From an uncultured Pseudomonadota bacterium (GTDB lineage Bacteria; Oederibacteriota; Muellerivitia; Muellerivitales; Muellerivitaceae), in NCBI GenBank assembly GCA_963770835.1, contig CAVYRH010000004.1:256001-320000 (forward strand): a stretch of DNA of 64,000 nt, in the 5' to 3' direction. Below the pieces are notes generated by a model that did no database searches, was not told the DNA's origin, and saw only the letters and a list, made by a program, of their open reading frames with translations. Numbering within the stretch: the stretch's first letter is position 1; every line of letters starts with the position of its first letter. Positions 1-7,445 of this stretch are shown in pieces. A program made the position numbers and the translations under genes.

Positions 1-1
1 C

Positions 2-265
2 ACCTATTCCTTTTCCTTCCGTGTCAGCGGAATGGAACCGCCCCGGCGGCTTTACCTGGAATATATCGAAAAGCCGCTCCAGGGCCGGGGGGCGATTGAA
101 ATCAACCCTGAAGCTGGCGGCTGTCGGGTGGAATTTCATTGGATGCGAGTGGAACCGGCGGGCTTTTTGTCCAAGCTTTATTTCGCCCTGGGGTTGGGCA
201 TGAGGGCCCACCGGAAGAGGACCCTGGAAACCCTTCGGATGCTAAAGAACCACCTGGAAAGATAG
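2..265 (+). CDS. Partial (5'-truncated) SRPBCC/START-like family protein
   Basis: Frame is open from the window start (TYSFSFRVSGMEPPRRL...). Ends in an amphipathic helix (LETLRMLKNHLE) typical of SRPBCC folds. Confidence 0.55.
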   Translation, partial: TYSFSFRVSGMEPPRRLYLEYIEKPLQGRGAIEINPEAGGCRVEFHWMRVEPAGFLSKLYFALGLGMRAHRKRTLETLRMLKNHLER

Positions 266-326
266 GTCTTTATTGATTCGGCCTTCTTGCCCTCTTATCA
301 TACCCTTCCTAAATTAAAGCCCACGG

Positions 327-355
327 GTAGGGGCGGGTCTGAGATCCCCTCCTCC
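327..355 (+). repeat. Degenerate GTAG-type REP-like palindrome
   Basis: GTAGGGGCGGGTCTGAGATCCCCTCCTCC: GTAG tag followed by an imperfect GC-rich hairpin in an intergenic gap. Confidence 0.35.
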
Positions 356-377
356 ATTCGTCATTCGGAGAAATAAA

Positions 378-1538
378 ATGAACCTCAGCCAAGACCAGAT
401 CAAGCGCTACACCCGTCATATCCTGCTGCCTGAAGTGGGCGTCACCGGTCAGAAAAAGTTATTGGAGGCTAAGGTGCTGGTGGTGGGGGCGGGCGGCCTA
501 GGCTGCCCCATTTCCCTTTACCTGGCCGCCGCCGGCGTGGGCACCATCGGCCTGGTGGATTTCGACACCGTGGACGCCTCGAACCTCCAGCGCCAGGTGC
601 TTTTCACCACCGAGGACGTGGGCAAGCCCAAGGTGGAAGTGGCCGCCAAGCGGCTGAAGGCCCTCAACCCCGACGTCAAGGTCAATACCTACCAGGTGGC
701 CCTCAAGAGCGACAACATCATGGACATCCTGAAGGACTACGACATGATCATCGACGGGACGGACAATTTCCCGACCCGCTACCTGACCAACGACGCCGCC
801 GTGCTCCAGAAGAAGCCCAACATCTACGGTTCCATCTTCCGGTTCGACGGCCAAGTGACGGTCTTCAAGACGCCCGAGGGCCCCTGCTACCGCTGCCTTT
901 ACCCCGAACCGCCACCGCCGGGCGAAGTGCCTTCCTGCGCGGAGGGCGGCGTCATGGGCGCCATGGTGGGAACGATCGGGGCCATCCAGGCCACGGAAGC
1001 CATCAAGATCATCACGGGCATCGGCAAGCCCGCCATCGGCAAGTTCGTCATCTACAACTCGCTGGACATGCAGTTCCGTAACCTGAAACTGCACAAGGAC
1101 CCCGCCTGCCCCATCTGCGGCACCAATCCCACCATCCACCAGCTGATCGATTATGAGCAGTTCTGCGGGATGAAAGTGGAGGAAACCCAGACCAAGGAGA
1201 TCAAGGTGAGCGGGAAAGAGGAAATCACGCCGTTGGAATTAAAGGTCAAGATGGATGAGAAACAGGATTTCGTTCTGATCGACGTGCGCGAACCCAACGA
1301 ATACGAGATCGCCCACATTGAGGGCTCAACGCTTTTGCCGCTCTCCCAGCTGCCTAACCGCTTTCACGAACTGGACAAGTTCAAAGGAAAAGAAATTGTT
1401 GTGCATTGTAAGAGCGGCGTGCGCAGCGGGAAGGCCATCAACTTCCTCAAACAACAGGGTTACACCAACCTGGTCAATGTGGCGGGGGGCATCCTCGGCT
1501 GGAGCGACCAAGTGGATTCGTCAGTCCCGAAATACTGA
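378..1538 (+). CDS. moeB: Molybdopterin-synthase adenylyltransferase with C-terminal rhodanese domain (MoeB/MoeZ)
   Basis: RYTRH, GAGGLG, SNLQRQ, CYRC, VPSCAEGGV, CPIC; rhodanese DVRE...HCKSGVRS; SD GGAG. Confidence 0.93.
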   Translation: MNLSQDQIKRYTRHILLPEVGVTGQKKLLEAKVLVVGAGGLGCPISLYLAAAGVGTIGLVDFDTVDASNLQRQVLFTTEDVGKPKVEVAAKRLKALNPDVKVNTYQVALKSDNIMDILKDYDMIIDGTDNFPTRYLTNDAAVLQKKPNIYGSIFRFDGQVTVFKTPEGPCYRCLYPEPPPPGEVPSCAEGGVMGAMVGTIGAIQATEAIKIITGIGKPAIGKFVIYNSLDMQFRNLKLHKDPACPICGTNPTIHQLIDYEQFCGMKVEETQTKEIKVSGKEEITPLELKVKMDEKQDFVLIDVREPNEYEIAHIEGSTLLPLSQLPNRFHELDKFKGKEIVVHCKSGVRSGKAINFLKQQGYTNLVNVAGGILGWSDQVDSSVPKY

Positions 1539-1562
1539 TTTTAATCGGGGCGAAGGAACCCT

Positions 1563-1862
1563 TTAGCTAACGGTTTCGGCAGCTTCTGCTGCTTCGGCTT
1601 CTTTTTTCACTTTGCGGGAAAAGCCCTGTTTGACTTTCTTGTTCTTGGAGCGGGCCCTCTTATTGAGGTCAGGTTGGTCCTGGTCCGCGGCCAGGCTTAA
1701 AGGGTTCTCGGACCGGAAATATTTCTTCGCGGTTCTTTCCCCGGCGTCGCGAAAGAGAATGTAGGCGAAACGGTTCTCGACCTTGCTGATGATGCCCAAG
1801 CCCCACTCGGGCCTAACGGGCAGTTGGACGATTTTCCCCAGGTCGTTGTCATTGATTTCCAT
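1563..1862 (-). CDS. DUF3553-like small SH3-fold protein
   Basis: IVQLPVRPEWGLGII motif, basic tail, SD GGAGG upstream. Confidence 0.65.
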   Translation of the reverse strand: MEINDNDLGKIVQLPVRPEWGLGIISKVENRFAYILFRDAGERTAKKYFRSENPLSLAADQDQPDLNKRARSKNKKVKQGFSRKVKKEAEAAEAAETVS

Positions 1863-2167
1863 GCGGCACTTCCTCCATTAAGTATTTGTTCCCTTTCAGC
1901 ATACGCCTTTGGGCCCGGGAATGGGGTTTATCCGCTGAAATAAAACGCCCCAAAAGGGCCTGGATGGGGGATGGACCACCATATTTGGGGACTCGTCCGG
2001 GTTTGGGAGGCGGTTTTCAGTTCTCCCGCCCCATTCGACCGGAATAAGGTTTCCAATGCACAGCCAGGTTTTTTTATTTCCGCCTCTTCTTTTTCCCGGA
2101 ACGCAACTGAATTCTTTTCCGTTGGGAGTCCGGCGACAACATAAACCACACCTTTTCACGGTGCAAA

Positions 2168-2176
2168 TGCTACGAT
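2168..2176 (+). promoter_or_regulatory. Putative extended -10 promoter for the micro-ORF
   Basis: TGcTACGAT about 30 nt upstream of the ATG at 2207; no clear -35. Confidence 0.4.
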
Positions 2177-2206
2177 AAATCAATGTTCGCTTCGAAGGAG
2201 GTTCCC

Positions 2207-2251
2207 ATGGCGAAGAAAGTCAAGAAGGCCGCTAAGAAAAAAAAGAGGTAA
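2207..2251 (+). CDS. 14-aa Lys/Ala-rich micropeptide MAKKVKKAAKKKKR (not in ORF track)
   Basis: SD AAGGAGGT (2195-2202), ATG, TAA, then an intrinsic terminator. Confidence 0.6.
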   Translation: MAKKVKKAAKKKKR

Positions 2252-2257
2252 CCCACC

Positions 2258-2277
2258 GGCGCGCAAGCGCCTTTTTT
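2258..2277 (+). terminator. Intrinsic terminator
   Basis: GGCGC-GCAA-GCGCC followed by T6. Confidence 0.75.
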
Positions 2278-2290
2278 GTGGCCGCAGATC

Positions 2291-2321
2291 AAGCCCGGAC
2301 GGAAACGAACGGGCTTTTTTT
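2291..2321 (+). terminator. Second hairpin/terminator between convergent small ORFs
   Basis: AAGCCCG...CGGGCTT followed by a T run. Confidence 0.6.
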
Positions 2322-2342
2322 ATGGGCGACCGACCGTTGTTT

Positions 2343-2486
2343 TTAGGCTGGTTGTTTTTTAGCCGCTGCGATCTTCGCCATGGCTTCCACCAGCGCCGAA
2401 CCCGTCAAATGGCGGGTCTTCTTCCGTTCGATACGCTTCACCGAAAATTCCGTCTTGGGCTTCTTGGGCCCTTTCATTTTGGTCAT
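2343..2486 (-). CDS. 47-aa basic hypothetical protein (not in ORF track)
   Basis: MTKMKGPKKPKTEFSVKRIERKKTRHLTGSALVEAMAKIAAAKKQPA; purine-rich AAGGGGA upstream. Confidence 0.5.
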   Translation of the reverse strand: MTKMKGPKKPKTEFSVKRIERKKTRHLTGSALVEAMAKIAAAKKQPA

Positions 2487-2682
2487 TCCCGTCCCCTTTT
2501 AATCAGTTTCATCAACGGTCCATCCTAGGTTGTTTCCCCCCCAATAGATACCCTTTAGGGAAATAGAGCGGGCCCGGAACTCAGGGGAAGGTCTGAAAAG
2601 GGAAGAAAGGAACGAAGAATCACCTTACCTACGGGGAAAAGAGAATCCCTGGGCCTTTGCGGATCATGGCAAGCGCGGCGGC

Positions 2683-3372
2683 TTATTTGGGGGGAAGACG
2701 CTTAGCGGGTGGGGGCTCGGTTTTTCCGGTCAATAGTCCCGCCGGTTTCGGGGGGACCCGTTCCATTTGACCTGTTGTCCCGGCCAGCAGATCCGTCTTT
2801 TCCCCGTCCTCTTCCTCCGGCAAGCCCATTCGGATCAAGCTTAATTCGTCGAGGCGGGCCTGGATCGACCGGGAAAGGGGCTCGTCCGATTTCGAAGCCA
2901 CGGATTCCCGATAGGCTTCCGACAAGGGGCTCTCGGCCTCCATTTTTTGGAAGAATTTTTCCGATTCCCCCGGGCCCAGGCCGATGGCGATCCCCTGGAT
3001 GGCCTTGCGCTGCCAATGGCTGATCTTGGAGTAAAAATCCTTCTCCCCCGCGTGTTGGAACAACTGGTGGCCTTCCTTTATCAGGAAATCCAGGTAGGCT
3101 TTGAAGAAATTCACAGAGGTCAGGTCGAACCTTTTCTTCCGTTCAACCGAATAGTCGAGGGTGGAATACCAGAAGACGGCCAGCCATCCGATGACCCAAC
3201 CGTACCAGGGCATTCGGGTCAGCCAATTCAGGAAAGGGGCGAAGAATCCGGGCGGGTGGAAAAACCCCAGGGCCACGGCCGCCGCCTGGAAAAACCCGAT
3301 GGCCAGGATGGGCAGGGGATGCCTCAGGGAAAGCCGGAAAATATCCCAACGATCATTCAGCCATTGGATCAT
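2683..3372 (-). CDS. Hypothetical membrane protein (2 N-terminal TM segments)
   Basis: 229-aa ORF with two hydrophobic segments and a helical soluble region. Confidence 0.7.
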   Translation of the reverse strand: MIQWLNDRWDIFRLSLRHPLPILAIGFFQAAAVALGFFHPPGFFAPFLNWLTRMPWYGWVIGWLAVFWYSTLDYSVERKKRFDLTSVNFFKAYLDFLIKEGHQLFQHAGEKDFYSKISHWQRKAIQGIAIGLGPGESEKFFQKMEAESPLSEAYRESVASKSDEPLSRSIQARLDELSLIRMGLPEEEDGEKTDLLAGTTGQMERVPPKPAGLLTGKTEPPPAKRLPPK

Positions 3373-3514
3373 GGAAAAATTTTAACAAACCGCCCTTCCG
3401 CCGGGTATTCAATTCCCTTGGGTTTCCTTTATCCATGTTTTTAAAAAGCCACCCTTCCACTCCAAAGGGCCGGACCTTATCATGCTTCCAAACCAGCACC
3501 CAAGGAAACCCGGC

Positions 3515-4138
3515 ATGGAAAGCGGCAAAAAGGAGATCGGGAAGGCCCAGGTCGCCTTCGCGGGCAAGTTCCAGGCTTTCGTGGATTACCAAAGCCCCGA
3601 AGCCGACGCCCTGGCGCGGGAGCGGGATAACATTCAGCTTTTTGCCCTGACCCTGGTGAGGGTCCTCTTCCTTTTGGGGGAGAACAAGCAGGCGCCCATG
3701 CTGCTGGAATACCTCCAAACCGCCATGGGGGACACGGTTACTCCCAAGGGCCTGAACCGGCCCACCATCCTGGGGCAGGGACAGGTTTTGGTGGACGTTT
3801 CGCCGGAAAAACCCGAGCGGTTGATGGTTTTAAGGCTTATCCAGGAAGAGGAAAGCCGGCTGGCCGAAATCACCCTTCCCCTGGGCGACGAAGCGCATTA
3901 TTACCCCGCAACGGTCATCTTTTATTTCCAATACCTCCTGCGAACCCTTGTTGAGCCTTCCCTCTTTTTCCTGATGCTGGTGCTGGGGGGCTTGATGGAA
4001 TATTACGAGAAGATCGGCAAAACCAACGACCTAAAGGCCCTGACGGACGGCCCCGCTTATGGTTTTTCAACCGCCATCCGGTACATCAACGAGGAACGGC
4101 GCCGGAACCCCCCCGCGCCCGGGCCGGGGGCCAACTAA
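3515..4138 (+). CDS. Hypothetical protein, co-transcribed with galK
   Basis: Long ORF with host-like codon use whose stop is 1 nt before the galK ATG; start uncertain (3482 or 3515). Confidence 0.7.
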   Translation: MESGKKEIGKAQVAFAGKFQAFVDYQSPEADALARERDNIQLFALTLVRVLFLLGENKQAPMLLEYLQTAMGDTVTPKGLNRPTILGQGQVLVDVSPEKPERLMVLRLIQEEESRLAEITLPLGDEAHYYPATVIFYFQYLLRTLVEPSLFFLMLVLGGLMEYYEKIGKTNDLKALTDGPAYGFSTAIRYINEERRRNPPAPGPGAN

Positions 4139-4139
4139 G

Positions 4140-5312
4140 ATGGCCTTCTCCCTCAGAGAACAAACCGGGGATCTTTTTTTAAAGACCTTCGCGGCCAAGC
4201 CCGAAATAACGGTGATGGCACCGGGCAGGGTCAACCTGATCGGGGAGCACACCGATTACAACGAGGGCTATGTCCTGCCCATGGCGGTGGACCGGGGCAT
4301 CGCCATCGCGGGCCGCAAACGCAACGACCTCAAGATCACCCTTTATTCCGCCGATTACCAGGAACAGGACGAGTTTTCCGTGAACGCCATCCGGCACGAT
4401 ATCAGCCGGCCCTGGGCCAATTACTTCAAGGGAGTGGCCCTGCTGTTGAAGCAAAACGGAATCCCATTAGGCGGCTGTGAGGCCGTCCTCAAGGGCGACC
4501 TGCCGCAAGGCGGGGGCTTGAGTTCCTCCGCGGCGCTGGAAGTGGCCTCGGCGGTTTTCCTGAAAAAGCTCTTCGGCGTGGACATGGAAGACCTGGATTT
4601 GGTCCGTCTCGCCCAAAAAGCGGAGAATGAATTCGTGGGCGTGCAATGCGGGATCATGGACCAGTTCGCCTCCCACATGGGAGGCAAGGACCACGCCCTT
4701 TTCATCGATTGCCGCAGCCTGGAGCACGACTGGGTCCCCCTGGGAACGGGCTTGAAAGTGGTGGTTTTCAACACGGGCATCAAACGGGAGCTGGCCTCCT
4801 CCGATTACAATGAGAGGCGGCGCCAGTGCGAGGAGGGGGTCCGCGAGTTCTTGAAGTTCCTGCCGGGCATCCAGTCCTTAAGGGACGTTTCCCTCTGCGA
4901 CTTCGAGAAATACCAGGCCCAGCTGGAACCGGTGATCATGAAACGCTGCAGGCACGTGATTTCCGAAAACCAAAGGGTATTGGATACCGTGGAAGCCCTG
5001 AAGGCCAAGAACCTTGAAAGGGTGAAAGTGCTCTTCCGTGAATCCCACGAGAGCCTCCGGGACGATTATGAAGTCAGCTGCCACGAGCTGGACACGCTGG
5101 TGGAATTGGGCCAGGAACATCCGCTTCAGAAGGGCTCCCGCATGACGGGCGCGGGTTTCGGGGGCTGCACCGTGCACTTGGTGCCCGCCGAGGAACAGGT
5201 CGTGGAAAACTTCATCTCTTTCGTTTCGGAAGGCTACCAAAGGCGGATCGGCCGGAAGCCGGAATATTACGTTTTCACGGCCTCGCCGGGAGCGAAGTTC
5301 CTTAACGGCTAA
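4140..5312 (+). CDS. galK: Galactokinase
   Basis: APGRVNLIGEHTDYN, GLSSSAALE, CGIMDQF, SRMTGAGFGGC. Confidence 0.93.
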   Translation: MAFSLREQTGDLFLKTFAAKPEITVMAPGRVNLIGEHTDYNEGYVLPMAVDRGIAIAGRKRNDLKITLYSADYQEQDEFSVNAIRHDISRPWANYFKGVALLLKQNGIPLGGCEAVLKGDLPQGGGLSSSAALEVASAVFLKKLFGVDMEDLDLVRLAQKAENEFVGVQCGIMDQFASHMGGKDHALFIDCRSLEHDWVPLGTGLKVVVFNTGIKRELASSDYNERRRQCEEGVREFLKFLPGIQSLRDVSLCDFEKYQAQLEPVIMKRCRHVISENQRVLDTVEALKAKNLERVKVLFRESHESLRDDYEVSCHELDTLVELGQEHPLQKGSRMTGAGFGGCTVHLVPAEEQVVENFISFVSEGYQRRIGRKPEYYVFTASPGAKFLNG

Positions 5313-5318
5313 GATTGA

Positions 5319-5416
5319 ACCACAGAGTACACAGAGGACACGGAGTAAGGCCTGAAATATAAATATCATCCTTAATTGTTTAAGACTTACTTTGTGTACT
5401 CTGTGACCTCTGTGGT
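5319..5416. repeat. Periodic inverted-repeat element (9-nt unit ACACAGAG)
   Basis: Left arm ACCACAGAG-TACACAGAG-GACACGGAG, AT-rich spacer, right arm CTTTGTGTA-CTCTGTGAC-CTCTGTGGT. Confidence 0.9.
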
Positions 5417-5456
5417 GATAGTTTTTTGCCGGAAATCTTTTATTTAGGAACCATCA

Positions 5457-6362
5457 ATGAAACCCACACTCCTCATCATGGCCGCCGGCATGGGAAGCCG
5501 CTACGGGGGCCTCAAGCAAATGGAAGCCATGGGCCCCGAGGGCGCCACGCTGCTGGATTATTCCATTTACGACGCCATCCGCGCGGGGTTCGGGAAAGTG
5601 GTTTTCGTCATCCGCCATGACATCGAAGCGAATTTCAAGAAACTGGTGGGGAAGAAGTGGGAACCCCAAATCCCAGTCCGCTACGTCTTCCAGGAATTGG
5701 GCATGATCCCGGAGGGGTTCAAAGTCCGGGAGGGCCGCCAAAAGCCCTGGGGAACGGGCCACGCCGTTTGGGTGGCCCAGGGCGCCATCCAAGAGCCCTT
5801 CGCGGTCATCAATGCTGACGATTTTTACGGGCGGAATTCCTTCAAGGCGCTGGCCGGTTTCCTGAAAAAAATCCGCCAGAACGAGGCGGCAGCCTATGCC
5901 ATGGTGGGTTTTCCCCTTTCGAAGACCCTTTCCGAACACGGGACCGTGGCCCGGGGAATCTGCCGGATCGGGCCGGGGAAGAAACTCAAGGAAGTGGTGG
6001 AACGCCTCCAGATCGGCAAGGAAGGCCGGAAGATTTATTACCTGGACGAGTCGGGGCGGAAGCACCCTTTGAAAGGGACGGCCACGGCCTCCATGAATAT
6101 CTGGGGCTTTACACCCCGTCTTTTCGAACAGCTCAACCGGGGCTTCATGGAATTTTTAAAGCAAAAGGGCGGTGATTTGAAGGCCGAGTTCCTCCTGCCC
6201 CGCGCGGTGGATGACGCCATCGCCAAACGGAAGGCCACCGTCCAGGTGCTTTCCACCAAGGACCCCTGGTTCGGGGTGACCTACCCGAACGACAAGGAAA
6301 AGGTCCGGGCCAAGATGGAAGAACAGGTTAAAAGACACCTTTACCCCGTCCGGCTTCATTAA
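5457..6362 (+). CDS. Sugar-phosphate nucleotidyltransferase (NTP transferase family)
   Basis: MAAGMGSRYGGLKQ, KPWGTGHA, VINADDFYG, WFGVTY. Confidence 0.88.
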   Translation: MKPTLLIMAAGMGSRYGGLKQMEAMGPEGATLLDYSIYDAIRAGFGKVVFVIRHDIEANFKKLVGKKWEPQIPVRYVFQELGMIPEGFKVREGRQKPWGTGHAVWVAQGAIQEPFAVINADDFYGRNSFKALAGFLKKIRQNEAAAYAMVGFPLSKTLSEHGTVARGICRIGPGKKLKEVVERLQIGKEGRKIYYLDESGRKHPLKGTATASMNIWGFTPRLFEQLNRGFMEFLKQKGGDLKAEFLLPRAVDDAIAKRKATVQVLSTKDPWFGVTYPNDKEKVRAKMEEQVKRHLYPVRLH

Positions 6363-6534
6363 TCCATTCGAACCGGTTGTTTTCTTCCTCGATGAACCCG
6401 CCCTGAAACTTTTTTCACCCTCCCCCTGAACTATCAAAGAAGGGATTCAGGAGAAGGCTGAAATAAAAAGTAAAGTGATCGACGTTTTTACAACATCTCA
6501 ATTTTCGGATCTGGAGGGTGGAGAGGCATGCACG

Positions 6535-6554
6535 TATAATGGTTAACCGTTAAC
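6535..6554 (+). promoter_or_regulatory. -10 box TATAAT with adjacent operator-like palindrome
   Basis: TATAAT (6535-6540) followed by GTTAAC-C-GTTAAC (6542-6554) over the expected +1. Confidence 0.65.
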
Positions 6555-6663
6555 TTTATTTTGACCTGTGGAATTCGTGCCGCACCCCTTTTTTTCTGAA
6601 TCGAATCATGATTAGTTTGTTAGACTGGCCTTCAAGAGCGATCGAAAGGGAGCCCCACCACCG

Positions 6664-7419
6664 TTGAAAACGATCCCGATCTTAACTAGTTCCCTGGCGG
6701 TTTTGCTTTTGGCCGGCTGTGGAGCGGTTTTCGTGAACAAGGGTTCGGTCCAGGAACCCTTAAGCGACGGCCTGGTCAACCCGGACCAGAATCGCCCCAA
6801 GATCACCGTACCCCATGACCAGGAAGTCATCGGCAATTTCGATGACGGCTCCACCAATATGAACCCCCAGCTTTACAAAGCCCCCAACGGCACCTGGTCC
6901 GCCTATTCCTACGCGGGTAACACCGTGAATTATCCCTTCGTCGTCGCGGGCGGCGCGAACGGCACCAAGATGGCCGCCCACGTTTCCGGGACACTCGCCA
7001 ACAAGGGAGACGCCACCTATCCGGCCTTCCTCTTGTCGGGCAAGTTCACGCCCGCCGGTTACTATGACGCCGGCGCCTTCTCGGGCATCCGTTTCTACTA
7101 CAAATGCCCCAACGACCAGGCCTCAAACCGGCGTTTCAACATCGCCACCGCCCCCACCACGCCCCCCTCCGCAGGCGGGACCTGCGCCAGCAACTGCTAC
7201 GACCATTTTGGCCAGGACCTGTCCCAGGCGAACGACTGGACCCTGGTGACAGTCTCCTTCAAGGACGCGAAACGCATCGGGTGGGGCAGCCCCGTCGCGC
7301 CCCCGGATTTCACCGACCACTTAAACCAGATCATCGATATCGAATGGACCCACAATACGCAGAATACGCCGGGCAAGGTCACGATCGACTATTGGGTGGA
7401 TGAGGTGGAGTTTTACTAA
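6664..7419 (+). CDS. Lipoprotein with CBM11/CIA30-like beta-sandwich domain
   Basis: Lipobox LAGC; IGNFDDG, YYDAGAFSGIRFYYK, WTLVTVSF, C-terminal WVDEVEFY. Confidence 0.75.
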   Translation: MKTIPILTSSLAVLLLAGCGAVFVNKGSVQEPLSDGLVNPDQNRPKITVPHDQEVIGNFDDGSTNMNPQLYKAPNGTWSAYSYAGNTVNYPFVVAGGANGTKMAAHVSGTLANKGDATYPAFLLSGKFTPAGYYDAGAFSGIRFYYKCPNDQASNRRFNIATAPTTPPSAGGTCASNCYDHFGQDLSQANDWTLVTVSFKDAKRIGWGSPVAPPDFTDHLNQIIDIEWTHNTQNTPGKVTIDYWVDEVEFY

Positions 7420-7445
7420 GTCAAATTCGGTTCATTGAGGGCACT

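Noticed and set aside
378..1538. E1-like enzyme as a ubiquitin-like defence system (CBASS/Bil type)
   Set aside because: Canonical MoeB-rhodanese with no adjacent E2, JAB or ubiquitin-like gene in the window.
1880..1990. Possible riboswitch upstream of the DUF3553-like gene (TTCAGC...GCTGAA stem)
   Set aside because: No match to an aptamer consensus I recognise; an Rfam/Infernal search would be needed.
6410..6525. Possible structured ncRNA (TTCACCCTCC pairing with GGAGGGTGGA)
   Set aside because: A single stem with no recognisable family features or covariation evidence.
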